Positions 30,004 to 40,967 of a stretch of 64,000 bases of DNA are shown piece by piece; position 1 is the first letter of the stretch; every line of letters starts with the position of its first letter. The notes below the pieces were generated by a model. The model did not search any database. It was not told where the DNA came from and worked only from the letters and a program-made list of their open reading frames with translations. The translations under genes were made by a program, and so were the position numbers. Origin of the DNA: an uncultured Actinomycetes bacterium (GTDB taxonomy: Bacteria > Actinomycetota > Thermoleophilia > RBG-16-64-13). Location of the stretch: assembly GCA_963841735.1 (NCBI GenBank), contig CAWJDT010000001.1, positions 128,001 through 192,000 of the forward strand, in the 5' to 3' direction.

Positions 30004-32214
30004 CTAGGACAGGGGGTTGCGGTCGCGCCGGTGAGCCGCGTACCATTCCATTCTATCGAGAGCCCGAGCCGCTGCCTGCGGCGAAGATAACACTATCGGG
30101 CTGTAGAGCTTTCCGTAGTCGAACACCGAGCCGCGTATGGATGAATCGGGCACGTTGATGATGGGCTTGCCCGTCGATTCCATGAGTTCTGCCACAAACG
30201 CAAGGAGCGAGTCCTCCCAGGCGCTCAGGCCCAGGAACTCGCCGTCGGCGCTCACCTTGCGCTCCCCGGTGCCACTGGTGGGAACACCAAGTAGCGAGAG
30301 GGCGATGACGGCGTCCACCTCATCGCATTCCGCCACGGCTTTGAGCACCCGCGAAGCCACAGCGCCGCCGGCGGAGGCAACCAGATCCAGCGGATTCTGC
30401 CTGCTCCAGAACGGGGGAAGGATCTCATCAAAACTTGCGAAGAGCTCAGGCGGCAGCTCGGCCAGGGTAAGCCCGTTGCGAGCCACTTCGTCGGCCGCCA
30501 TCACGCCTGCTCCGCCACCTTGAGTGACCACCGCGATGCGTCTTCCTTTTGGCAAAGGCAGGTAGGCCAGGCTTGTGCCAAGATCGACCACGTCCTGCAG
30601 TGTCGTGCAGGCCACTACTCCCGCCTGCCGGGCCGCCGCCTCCCACACGGCGGCAGAACCGGCCATTGCGCCGGTGTGTGACGCCGCCGCCTTGCTGCCG
30701 TACTCGGTCAGGCCCGTACGCAGCACCACCACCGGCTTGACGGCCGTGGTGCGGCGGGCGACGTCGACGAAGCGCCGTCCGTCGTCGATGCCTTCGATGT
30801 ACATCATGACGCAGGTGGTGTGGGGGTCGTCACGCAGATAGTCAAGAACTTCCACCGCGCCTATCTGGGCCTCGTTGCCCACGCTGGCGAATTTGTCGAG
30901 GCCGATGCCGCGGCGCTGGCAGACAAGGGTGGTCATGACTCCGATGTTGCCCGACTGCGAGACGAAGCTGAGCTTGCCCTTGGGCGGATGGAGTCTCCAC
31001 AAAGCCGACGGCGTGCAGGCTCACCTCATTGGAGATCATGCCCATGCAGTTGGGCCCCATCAGGGTGACCCCGCCCTCGCTCGCGATGCGGGCAATCTCG
31101 CGCTGGGCTTCGGCGCCCGACTCCCCGGTCTCGGCAAAGCCGGCGGCTATGGCGATAGCGGCCCCGATGCCCTTGCGACCGCACTCTTCCAGCATGGGAG
31201 CCACCTGATGGCCGCCCACGGCCAGAAGAGCGAGATCTGGAGTCTCAGGCAAGTCGGTGATGCTCGGGTAGGACTGAAGCCCGAAGAACTCGCCGCCCTT
31301 GGGATTGACCGGATAGATGGTGCCGGCGTAGCCGCCGTCGAGGATGCTCTTGAGGGCCGACCCGCCCCATTTGCCGATGTCGCCCGACGCACCCACCACC
31401 GCCATAGACCGGGGCGCCAGCAGCGCTTTCAGGTTCGGCACAAACGAGCTCCGCTCCGGCAGCTTCGCGGGCTCAGCCGAAAGGATGATGAGCGCATCGG
31501 CGGCTACCGGCCGGTCGCCCTGCACCAGCACCGGGTTCACGTCGATCTCGACGATCTGGGGATTGTCGAGCGCCATCTGCCCGATTGTCTGGATCACCTT
31601 GGCGAGCGCGTCTCTGTCCACAGCGGGATAGCCTCGAAATGGGCCCAGTAGCTTATTGGCCCTGATCAGGCCTGGCAACTCAGCTGCGCCTCCCGATCGT
31701 CGATGGGAGCAAGAGCCAGAACCACGTCGCCCAAAGCCTCCGTCAGCACGCCGCCCAACCCAAACGCCACCACGGGCCCGAACACGGGGTCGCGCTTCAT
31801 GCCCACCATGAGTTCCCGGTTGCCCGCGATCATCTGCTCCACAAGCACGGCCTCGAGTGCGCCCCCCGCTCGCTGCTGTAGCAGGCCATAGGTCTCGGCC
31901 ACTGCTTCAGGCCCCTCCACCCCCAAGACCACCAGCCCTGCTTCGGTCTTGTGGTGGATCTCGGCGCCGATGCCCTTCATGACCACCTTGCCGCCGATGC
32001 GCGCTGCGACGGCGAGAGCCTCTTCCTCCGTCTTGGCGAGAGCGCCGGCGGGCACAGGGATGCCGTACGCGGCGAACAGGGCCTTCGCCTGCCACTCATC
32101 CAGAGCCGAGGCGCCGGAGGCTAAGGCGGAACTGATCAGCTCGGCTGCGACGGTGGTTTCGGGTCTCACACTCATGACTTGTTCCGATCCTTCAGATTCT
32201 TGCGGACGCGACAT
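30004..32214 (-). CDS. ADP-forming acyl-CoA synthetase (ACD), beta-alpha fusion; frameshifts near 31000 and 31680
   Basis: N-terminal ATP-grasp (HKTEAG, DPVFGP, DVNP), then GAS, GPNCMG, SQSG, ASHTG, NPLDL. Confidence 0.85.
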
Positions 32215-32353
32215 ACGAGCGCATCCGTCCGCGACATATGCCCGTTCGTTCTGCGGTCCATATGGTAACTGTTTAGACCTTTAAGGTCAAGGGCAGAGCT
32301 GCCCGGCGCGCGAGCCGCTCCCCCGTTATCCCGGTATCAGAACGCGAGCGTGG

Positions 32354-33709
32354 TCACACGGTGCAGCGGAGAACGTAGAGCCCGGCGTGCTGCGTGTCGA
32401 CGAAGATGTTGCCCCGATTGTCTACAAGGACATCCTCCGTGGTACCGAGGCGGGGTCCCGGAAAGTTGTCGCCGGCGGCGTTGTTGAACGTCCACTTCTG
32501 AGGATCGGGCGGGATGAAGTACGCGATCTCGCGCGGAACGTAGGCATCGTTGATGTCATAGACCCGCAGGCCGGCGTGGAAGTAGGCGCAGTAGAGGCGG
32601 TCGTTACGGTCTTCAAGGGCGGGGTGATAGTGCGGCTCGTGGATGTTGTGCGGCCCGAACGGCCCCACGCCCCAGCCGGGGATCTCGTTGAAGTTCTTGT
32701 ATGGGTAGCCCGCCGGGATCTCCGGATAGGGAAACACTGCGACGAGAGTGGGATCAGCAGGGTTGGAGATGTCGACCATGCCGATGAAGTTGAGAGGCTG
32801 CACCGACGCGTGCACCTGCTCACTGCTATAGACGTGGAACCGCTCGCCCTCGCTGGTCATGATGGCGTAGTCGCGCTTGGAGAGAGGCATCACTGTATGG
32901 CAGCGGGCGCCGCTGAGCTTGCCGGCGAACGGCGGCATGTGACGCAGTTGCCCAACCAGCTTCGGCAGAGAGATGTCGGCGATGTCGAGGATGACCATGC
33001 CGGCTCCGCCCCAGCTCACGTAGGCGAGTTCGCCCTTGGGATAGGCCGAGCCATGCATCATCGGACCGTCAAGCATGTTGAGTTGCGGGTCGTCGTGCGG
33101 TCCGGTGCTGGTCGCGGGCAGATACCCCGCCTCGAATTGCTCGGGCACCCACCAGCGGCCGGCTTCGACCGGGTTCTTCGGGTCGATGATGTCGAGAATG
33201 CGATAGATATAGCCGCGGAATCCCTTGCAGGAGGCGCTCAGGTGGACGTAGCGGCCCCCGTTGTAGAAGAACCGATGGACCCCGCCCCCGCCTTCACAGA
33301 ACCATTTGGACAGCAGCTTTGGCTCGGCCGGGTCCTTCACGTCCCAGATGTATACGCCCTCTTCGTAGGGGTCGCCCCATTCGGTGGCGTGAAGCATGGG
33401 CAACGTCCCCCCCAGTGCGGTGATCATGAGACCATCGGCCACCTGGATCTTGGGAGTGCCCTGTCCTTTGAGATCCGGACCGGGGATGAACTTGAGATAC
33501 TCCGGCTTGGTGGGGTCGGTCACCTCAACGACGGCCCAGCCCGAATGCTTGAAGTGGGCCCCATAAAGGTAGTACCTGCCATCGACTTCCTGCATCGCCA
33601 TCTGAAACCAAGGCATGTCATTCAAGTCGTGATAAGCGAGCACATCGATGTTCTTCGCGAATGCTTCTTTGCCGCCCATGAGGATCGTGCCTTCCCTCGT
33701 TATTGTCAA
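32354..33709 (-). CDS. LVIVD-repeat beta-propeller protein
   Basis: Repeated V(V/Y)D(V/I)xDPxxP units; GVH, MMH, CHT, GPHN motifs. Confidence 0.82.
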   Translation of the reverse strand: MTITREGTILMGGKEAFAKNIDVLAYHDLNDMPWFQMAMQEVDGRYYLYGAHFKHSGWAVVEVTDPTKPEYLKFIPGPDLKGQGTPKIQVADGLMITALGGTLPMLHATEWGDPYEEGVYIWDVKDPAEPKLLSKWFCEGGGGVHRFFYNGGRYVHLSASCKGFRGYIYRILDIIDPKNPVEAGRWWVPEQFEAGYLPATSTGPHDDPQLNMLDGPMMHGSAYPKGELAYVSWGGAGMVILDIADISLPKLVGQLRHMPPFAGKLSGARCHTVMPLSKRDYAIMTSEGERFHVYSSEQVHASVQPLNFIGMVDISNPADPTLVAVFPYPEIPAGYPYKNFNEIPGWGVGPFGPHNIHEPHYHPALEDRNDRLYCAYFHAGLRVYDINDAYVPREIAYFIPPDPQKWTFNNAAGDNFPGPRLGTTEDVLVDNRGNIFVDTQHAGLYVLRCTV

Positions 33710-33866
33710 TGTATGCCGGCAGACTGCATACTCCGGCGCGGTCGCCGCGCGGGAACACCCGCATTGGTCTACCTAGTGGCCAATTATACTAAAGGTGCGG
33801 GGCGCATTGTCAAGACATGTCACTTTGGTATAGTAAGTATGCCACAGGGCTGATCATGGAGGGGTA

Positions 33867-34616
33867 ATGTGCGCTGACAGCGCAGGGGCAAAGCCCATAG
33901 AGGACATCTCACTCGTTACAGAGACGGCCAGCGACAGCGCTGTCCGCTTTATTCGCGCCATGATATTCGCCGGAGAGATCGGCCCTGGTGACCGGCTCCC
34001 CCCCGAGAGAGACTTGGGCCTCCGCCTAGGCATCTCGCGGATGACCCTCCGTCTGGCCCTCAAGGCCCTCGAGAGCACAGGGTACATCGTCACCACCCGG
34101 GGCTCGCGCGGAGGCTCCCGGGTGACCGACCCCGAGTCGCTCACCCAATGCTGGAACCAGTGGATGCATCGCCACGCTGGGGAGCTGGAAGACATCTTCG
34201 AGTTCCGCATCACGGTGGAGACCAGGCTGGCCGCACTCGCGGCCGAACGTCGCACCGACGAAGACTTGCTGGCCATGGAGCGAGCGGCGGCCAGTGAGAA
34301 CAGCCCCAGGGAATGGGCAGCGATCCTACGCGCCGACATGGACATCCATCGCGCCATCGCCCGGGCGGCCCGCAGCCCCTGGTTGGAGCGGGCCATGATG
34401 GGCGCGCGGGGGGAACTGTTCATCCCTGTCGACCTGAACCGCCTCGACGAGGGAGATCCGCGCGTGCAACACACCCACCGCGCCATCCTCGACGCCATCC
34501 GCAAGCAGGACGGGAGCGCAGCCGCCAAACATATGCGGGTGCACATAGAGTTCGTCAAGGGCCTGACCTACCGGGTCCTTGAGGCCTCCGGGATACCACC
34601 CAACGGCGACCGCTAG
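33867..34616 (+). CDS. GntR/FadR-family regulator
   Basis: GDRLPPERDL...ISRMTLR, FCD domain (H...H...H). Confidence 0.92.
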   Translation: MCADSAGAKPIEDISLVTETASDSAVRFIRAMIFAGEIGPGDRLPPERDLGLRLGISRMTLRLALKALESTGYIVTTRGSRGGSRVTDPESLTQCWNQWMHRHAGELEDIFEFRITVETRLAALAAERRTDEDLLAMERAAASENSPREWAAILRADMDIHRAIARAARSPWLERAMMGARGELFIPVDLNRLDEGDPRVQHTHRAILDAIRKQDGSAAAKHMRVHIEFVKGLTYRVLEASGIPPNGDR

Positions 34617-35197
34617 TTCGCTCTGTCCTGATCTATCGCAGCGAAGATGGCCGTCGCCAGGCCTAGGCGACGGTCGAGTAGATTCGCTACATCCATACGG
34701 AAATTGAGGGCCAGCTCATAGCCCACCACGTTGCCTCTCTGGCGTAACTCCCCCACAATGGCGCTTCCCACCGTGATGTCCATAGCCTGCAACAGTGCGG
34801 CTCCCGGCATCGCGTTCGTGACCGGCCGGCCGGTCTCTCTCGCAAGAACCTTGCCCACCGGCGTGTCGTCGGCATCCGCTATCGACCAGACACCCTCGAT
34901 GTAGTCCCCACCAGCGTCGACAGCCAGTGCGATCCGGCCGACCCTCTGCCCGGTCTCGGCGTCGGTCACATCCAGCTCTGTCCCGGTCGACTCGATGTCG
35001 GCGAGCGCTAGGATCTCGCGCGTCCGCTGCTCATCTTCGTAGGCACGGATGACACTGGGCTCTGGGAACGCTCCTGTCGTCTCTTCGATGAACAAGAGCG
35101 GTTCGTCATGCCGCAGACCATAGAGACGGTACTTGCCGCCAGAGAGGCGCCCGTGCCGTTTAAGGACGAAAGCGCTGTCGCTAAGTGCCGCGTGCAT
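34613..35197 (-). CDS. Hypothetical protein (LURP-one/scramblase-like)
   Basis: beta-rich protein with C-terminal DRRLGLA helix typical of the family. Confidence 0.55.
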   Translation of the reverse strand: MHAALSDSAFVLKRHGRLSGGKYRLYGLRHDEPLLFIEETTGAFPEPSVIRAYEDEQRTREILALADIESTGTELDVTDAETGQRVGRIALAVDAGGDYIEGVWSIADADDTPVGKVLARETGRPVTNAMPGAALLQAMDITVGSAIVGELRQRGNVVGYELALNFRMDVANLLDRRLGLATAIFAAIDQDRAN

Positions 35198-35242
35198 CTT
35201 TCAGTCACCCCGCGTTGTTCTGATGGTTGGCGATGAAGAGGG

Positions 35243-36145
35243 CTACGGCAACAGCCCCTTAACCTGCCCGATTACCGGCTCGATCATGGCGACATAGCTG
35301 AAGCGCTTAACAGCCGCGCGGTTGGCGGTGATAAGGGCGACGATGGGCGGCGGCACAGAACCGTTGAGCGGGCTGAGCAGCAAGAGGCCGCGGTCCTTGG
35401 CCAGGAACGGCCCGGCGGCCAGGGCGTCGGGGAACTTGTCTCCGGTGGCGATGCCGGTGTGCGTATAGGTAAGTCCGGCATAGGCCTGGGCCCACTTGGC
35501 TACGTTGGCGTTGGTGTAGTAGCGATCGGCCCCGGAGAGGTTGTAGTACTTGATGTTGGCCGGCGTGGTGACATAGGTGCCCACCTTGATGACCTGGGTG
35601 ATGCCTAGCTCAGATAGAGCCTGGCCGGCTTTGGGGTTAAGTTTCGGCTCAGGTACAAGCTTGGTGATGGGTTCGGTCAACAGGATGGGCCATAGCTTGG
35701 CACAGGCCAGCGGAGAGACCCCCAGGGCATCGGGGAAGTTGGTGCCTATGGTGATGATGGCGGTGGCGCCGGTGAGGTCGCCCACCTTCTGCTGCAGGGC
35801 CTTGGCCACCCGGTAGCTCATGTCGTAGACGGTGGTCCCATTGATGGGGATGACCGTGATCCCGGGGAACGCTGACCGGATGGCGGTTATCACCGCGGTG
35901 GAGAAACCGATGCAGAACACGGTGCTGGGCGCCAGCCTCAGTATCTCGGTCCTCACTTCATTCCTGAGGCCGGCACTGGGGGTAAGCAGAACCGGGCCGC
36001 CGTAAGCGGCGGCCAGCGGAGCTCCGCACAGGGCTTCGGGGAAAGTCTCACCGGGAGCCAAGACCAGCCCGGAGCCGGCGGGCAGAGCCGCCGGGCAGAT
36101 GGCCTTGGAGAGGCGGACGGCGGTGTCGTAGCGGTCGACGCCGCG
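35243..36145 (-). repeat. CWB2 anchoring module, copy 1 (near-identical to 37601-38505)
   Basis: Long identical stretches such as CAGGCCAGCGGAGAGACCCCCAGGGCATCGGGGAAGTTGGTGCCTATGGTGATGAT in both copies. Confidence 0.85.
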
Positions 36146-37492
36146 GTAGGAGTTGTAGGTGAGGGTTGCCGGGTTCATTACGACGAAGGTATCCGATATA
36201 TCACCGTTGGAGTCAGGGGTGAGAAGGTTGGTCGCCTCCGACTCGAAAACAACGTAGCGACCGTCGGCGCTTATGAGTGGAGTCCCACTCCAGCCATCGC
36301 CTTGGCCTCCGGCCCCGGTCACGCTCAACCGCGTGGTGGTACGTCCAGCGCAGTCGCGCACATAGACGTCCCCCTGAGTATTGGTGGCTCCGGACACGAG
36401 ATCGGTAGCGAACGACTCGAATACCACGTAACGGCCGTCTCCGCTGATGGAGGGCCAACCGCTGTTCAGGTGGTCGCCCTGGATACCAGTGCCACTTACG
36501 CTCACCCAAGCGGTGGTGCCGCCCGTGCGGTCGCGGACGAAGACATCCCAGTCGTAGTTGTCGTCACCCGCGACAAGATTGCCAGCCAGGGTATCGAAGG
36601 CCACGTACCGGCCATCGGCGCTGATGGACGGGTAGTCACTCCAATCGTCACCCTCTGCCGCTCCGGACCCTACACTCACCCGTTCGGTGGTGGCCGCTGT
36701 GCGATCACGAACGAAGATGTCCGCGACACCGTTGTTGTCATCTGCCACCAGATTGGTCGCTTCGGAGCCAAAACATACATACCGCCCGTCGGCGCTCAAA
36801 CACGGCCAACGACTACTGTTGTTGGCCTCCGCGCCGGCGCTGTCAACGCTCACGCGCTCGACGGCCCCGGTGGCCCGCACCCAGACGAAGATATCCTGAC
36901 CGTAGCTGCCTAGCCCCAGATTCAAATTGGTGTCATTCGGCACGAGGTTGGTGGCAAACGACGAGAAGGCCACCACGCTGCCGTCGGCACACACGTAGGC
37001 GTAGCCGCTTTCGTCGTCTGCTTCGGTACCGTCGCTAGAAACGCTGATGCGGATGGTCGTCTTGGTAGCCATCTCGTAAAGAAAGATGTCGCGGTCGTCA
37101 TTGGTGTCGCCGGCGACCAGATTATCGGCCGCCGAGGTGAAGGCCACCCACGCCCCGTCGGCGCTGATTCTTGGAAAGGTGCTCGGCCCGTTGCCCTCGG
37201 TGCCGTCGGAAGCCACGCTCACCCGGAAGGTGATACTGGTCTTCCTGTCGCGGACGAAAACATCCTCCTCCGAATTCGTATCGTCGGCGACCAGATTGTC
37301 CGCATCGGACTGGAAGACCACATACCGGCCATCTCCGCTGACGCAGCCCTCGCTGTTCAGGTCGTTGGCTTGGACGCCCGCGCTGCTGACGCTCACCCGC
37401 TCGATTACCCGGGCCTGCGCGACGTTTGGCCAAGCCATCAGGGTCAGCGCCGCAATCGCTACCGCGAAGGATGCGGCCTTGGCTCTGGTCAT
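35243..37492 (-). CDS. Secreted PD40/TolB-like beta-propeller protein with C-terminal cell-wall-binding-2 repeats
   Basis: Signal peptide; SADGRYV(A/V)FxSxAxNLV repeats; GxDRYxT, FPDAL/FPEAL, PILLT. Confidence 0.88.
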   Translation of the reverse strand: MTRAKAASFAVAIAALTLMAWPNVAQARVIERVSVSSAGVQANDLNSEGCVSGDGRYVVFQSDADNLVADDTNSEEDVFVRDRKTSITFRVSVASDGTEGNGPSTFPRISADGAWVAFTSAADNLVAGDTNDDRDIFLYEMATKTTIRISVSSDGTEADDESGYAYVCADGSVVAFSSFATNLVPNDTNLNLGLGSYGQDIFVWVRATGAVERVSVDSAGAEANNSSRWPCLSADGRYVCFGSEATNLVADDNNGVADIFVRDRTAATTERVSVGSGAAEGDDWSDYPSISADGRYVAFDTLAGNLVAGDDNYDWDVFVRDRTGGTTAWVSVSGTGIQGDHLNSGWPSISGDGRYVVFESFATDLVSGATNTQGDVYVRDCAGRTTTRLSVTGAGGQGDGWSGTPLISADGRYVVFESEATNLLTPDSNGDISDTFVVMNPATLTYNSYRGVDRYDTAVRLSKAICPAALPAGSGLVLAPGETFPEALCGAPLAAAYGGPVLLTPSAGLRNEVRTEILRLAPSTVFCIGFSTAVITAIRSAFPGITVIPINGTTVYDMSYRVAKALQQKVGDLTGATAIITIGTNFPDALGVSPLACAKLWPILLTEPITKLVPEPKLNPKAGQALSELGITQVIKVGTYVTTPANIKYYNLSGADRYYTNANVAKWAQAYAGLTYTHTGIATGDKFPDALAAGPFLAKDRGLLLLSPLNGSVPPPIVALITANRAAVKRFSYVAMIEPVIGQVKGLLP

Positions 37493-37560
37493 GTGCCCTC
37501 CCGACATAGTTCGACTGCAGTTAAGTCTAGCCGTGAGAACGGTGGAGAACAAGCACATTC

Positions 37561-37587
37561 CGCCCGGCCCCTGGCCGGGGCCGGGCG
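37561..37587. terminator. GC hairpin between tandem surface-protein genes
   Basis: CGCCCGGCCCC...GGGGCCGGGCG. Confidence 0.55.
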
Positions 37588-37600
37588 GAATACCGGTGCC

Positions 37601-38505
37601 CTACGGCAGCAAGACCTTCACCTGGCTGATCACCGGCTCGATCATGGCGACGAAGGTGACAGTCTGCACATCGACTCGGTTGGCGGTGATGAGGGCGCTC
37701 GTGGCCCGCTGCAGGGGCCCGTTGAGCGGGCTGAGCAGCAAGAGGCCGCCGTCCTTGGCCAAGTACGGCCCGGCGGCTAGAGCATCGGGAAACTTCCCGC
37801 CGGTGGCGATACCGGTGTGGGTGAAGGTAAGCCCGGCATAGGCCTGGGCCCACTTAGCCACGTTGGCGTTGGTGTAGTAGCGATCGGCTCCGGAGAGGTT
37901 GTAGTACGTGATCTTGGCCGCTGTGGTGACGTAGGTGCCCACCTTGATGACCTGGGTGATGCCTAGCTCAGATAGAGCCTGGCCGGCTTTGGGGTTAAGG
38001 GACGGCACCGGCACACGCGCGGTGCCGGGTTCGGTCAAGAGTATGGGCCACAGCTTGGCACAGGCCAGCGGAGAGACCCCCAGGGCATCGGGGAAGTTGG
38101 TGCCTATGGTGATGATAGCGGTAGCACCGGTGAGGTCGCCCACTTTTTGCTGCAGGGCTTTAGCCACCTGGTAGCTCATGTCGTAGACATCGCTACCGTT
38201 GATGGTAATGACGTTTGTGCCAGGTAGAGCAGCCTTTACCGCGTTTACCGCCGTCGTGGAAAGACCTATGCAAAACACGTACTTGGGCGCCAGTCTCTGC
38301 AGTTCGGTCCCCACTTCCTTGCTGAGTCCAGCCTTGGGGGTAAGCAGTACCGGGCCGCCGTAGGCGGCGGCCAGCGGAGCACCGCAGAGGGCTTCGGGGA
38401 AAGTCTCACCCGGGAGCCAGCACCAGCCCGGAGCCGGCGGGCAGAGCCGCCGGGAAGGTTGCCATGGAGAGGCGGACGGCGGTGTCGTAACGGTCGACGC
38501 CGATA
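37601..38505 (-). repeat. CWB2 anchoring module, copy 2
   Basis: Near-identical to 35243-36145. Confidence 0.85.
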
Positions 38506-40236
38506 TAGCGTAGATAGGCTGGGAGATGCAGGATCCACTGTGACCACGACGGTGTCGGTCCCGCTGAGGCCCCCGCTGTCGTCAACCGTCACCCTCACAG
38601 TGTATTTGCCGACGGCGGAGTAGAGATGTGACAGCGAGAAAGCCTTGGCGCCGCTGAGACTCAGGGGCTTAGCCCCCGAGCCGTCTCCGTAGTCCACGGT
38701 AGCGGTCCAGGTCTCAGCATCGGGGTCGGTGAAGGAGCCGGTGCGGGTGAACGTGGAACCAACGGTTGTGGTGGCGTCGCTGCCCGCCGCAACCACGGGA
38801 GCAGACGGTCCAGAGGCTCCGTAGATCCAGATGATGCCCTCCCGGTCGCTGGACGAGAGTTCGCGCGACTGTGTGCCGACCGCCCGCATGCCGTACATCA
38901 CCTTGCCCGTATCGCTCGACCCGTATAGATCCCTCAGCTTCAACCAATGGCCCATTTCGTGCAGGGCGATGCTCTGCACGTCCATGGTCCCGCCGGTGCC
39001 GTCACCCCAGTAGAGATTGTCGTTAAAGCAGATGTCGACCTCAAGAAGCAGTTGATCCCAGGATGAGGCCCATGAGGTGGCGATGACCCCGGAGGGAAGC
39101 AGCGTGGAACTCCAAAACAAGTCGTTCCGCTCGTCTTCGCCGTTCCAGGTGGTAGTCGAGCAGGTTCCCGAGTCGACCAAGAGGAAGTCGGCCGCGCCGC
39201 TCCAGGTAGCAGCCGCGGCATCGATCATAGCCCGCTCTTGAGTGGTGTCGCCGGTGTTTGGGTTGACCCGGAAGTTGACGACCGGAGTGTTCCAGTAGAG
39301 CGAGCCGTAGCCGAACGTAACCTCGAAGTTATACCCGGCGCTGGCCTGGCCGCTGGAGTTGGTCACAATCACCGGCCCACTACTTGCCGAGGCAGGATAG
39401 CCGTAGACCTCTCCCACCGGCACCTCGACCACGATGGACGTGTCGCCCCATGACACGATCGGCGCGCTGATGGTCGGCTGCCCCAACTTATAGAAGAACC
39501 TCACCGATCCCTTAGCCGTTCCGAAACCGGTGCCCGTAATGGTCACCCTGTCGCCTGTGCCCGCCGGAGCAGACCCGGGGTTGATGCCGGTTATAGCGGG
39601 CACGGCCAAGGCGCCTACTCCACCCGCCAGGGCCGTGGATGATTCCACGGACGGTACGATGTCATAGACCGTAGCAGACGACGGGATGGGGGGCATTCCG
39701 GCTCCGGTCGCCGACAGGGCCCGTCCGATACTTGCGCGCACTGAGGTCAGCGACTGCGAGAGCGCTTTAACCATGCCGCCGGTTACGTCCAGCTTGCCCT
39801 GCATCCCCCCGATAACGCGGCCCTGCGCGTCCAAGAACAGCAGGCAGGTCTCTCCTGGAGTAAAGACCGGCATTCCATCGACTTCCACGCGGTAATCACC
39901 TATCTCGCCGCCCAGCACCGGCACGGTGATGTCGGCATGCGCGCTCCCCTTGAGGACATCAATCACCTGGAGGTCGAAGTAGGTCTGTGGCATAGCGGAT
40001 GAGCTCCCCACCGGTCCGACAAGGACCACGCGGTACGGGGCCTCCACGACCTCGGCAACGACCACCGTGCTGGCCCTTTGGGCCAATTGCTCAATCGTCA
40101 GGGTCTCCAGAACCGTCGCCTTCGCAACGGAGGGCATCAAGAAGAACACCATCGAGGCCAAGGAGAATAGAAGAAGCAGCAGTACCGCTGCGACAAACCT
40201 CGGAGTGGTTTTGACCGTATTCATCCCGGTCGCCAT
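37601..40236 (-). CDS. Surface metalloprotease: IPT/TIG + matrixin-like + PKD + CWB2 repeats; frameshifts near 38310-38510
   Basis: N-terminal TM, VTITGTGFG, HEMGHWLKLRD...VMY, WTATVDYGDG, CWB2 tail. Confidence 0.8.
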
Positions 40237-40431
40237 GCTACCACCGCCATTCCTATGCAGGCGCCCGGCAGTGACTAGAGTCACTCCGAGCCTCTTAACA
40301 AGACACTATGTACATCGGCACCTGAGGCCCTTCGCTTGAGCCGCCGCACGGCGCCGTCCACGGCAATGCGGCCCCCCGGGCGCCCCGTTTCGCGCGGGCG
40401 CCGGCGGGGGCCTTCATCGCCTACAGGATGT

Positions 40432-40932
40432 CTATTTGAAGTCGAGCGTTACGATATCGCTGACCCAGGCCTTGCCGTCCATGCCCGGCATCACGGCGTT
40501 CAGAGTGCCATCGTCGCCTATGGCGATCATGGCGTTGACGTCAAGCTCGGCGAGCGTGACTTGGCCCATGAAGCCGTCGGACGCGGCCATGTCCAGCAGC
40601 GTGGCGCCAGATTGGACCCCCACCGAGGTCATCAAGTCACTCAGCAAGACGCCCGTGTACTCGGTAGCCCCCTTCTTGGGATGCTCGGCGGTAATGGTGC
40701 TCATCTTCATCGACTGGAGATCGGCGACCAACAGGGTCCCCGGACTGTCCACCAGGCCTTTGACCACCACTGCGCCGCTTGTGACTTCCGTCGCCGCAGC
40801 CGTGGTAGAGGTAGCCGCAATCGCCGTCGTGGTGGTCTCGTCGGAACCGCCACAGGCGGCCGCGAAGGCCAAGATACCGAGCAAAGCCAGGCAGGACGCC
40901 AGAAGTAGCAGTGAGCGGGTGCGCGATCTCAT
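40432..40932 (-). CDS. Lipoprotein with Oxidored_molyb (sulfite-oxidase-fold)-like domain
   Basis: AAAC lipobox, Thr-rich linker, GLV, YTGVLLSDL, ASDGF, WV motifs. Confidence 0.7.
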   Translation of the reverse strand: MRSRTRSLLLLASCLALLGILAFAAACGGSDETTTTAIAATSTTAAATEVTSGAVVVKGLVDSPGTLLVADLQSMKMSTITAEHPKKGATEYTGVLLSDLMTSVGVQSGATLLDMAASDGFMGQVTLAELDVNAMIAIGDDGTLNAVMPGMDGKAWVSDIVTLDFK

Positions 40933-40967
40933 GTTCTCGATTCTCCTTTGTCGGGCTCCGCACAGTC

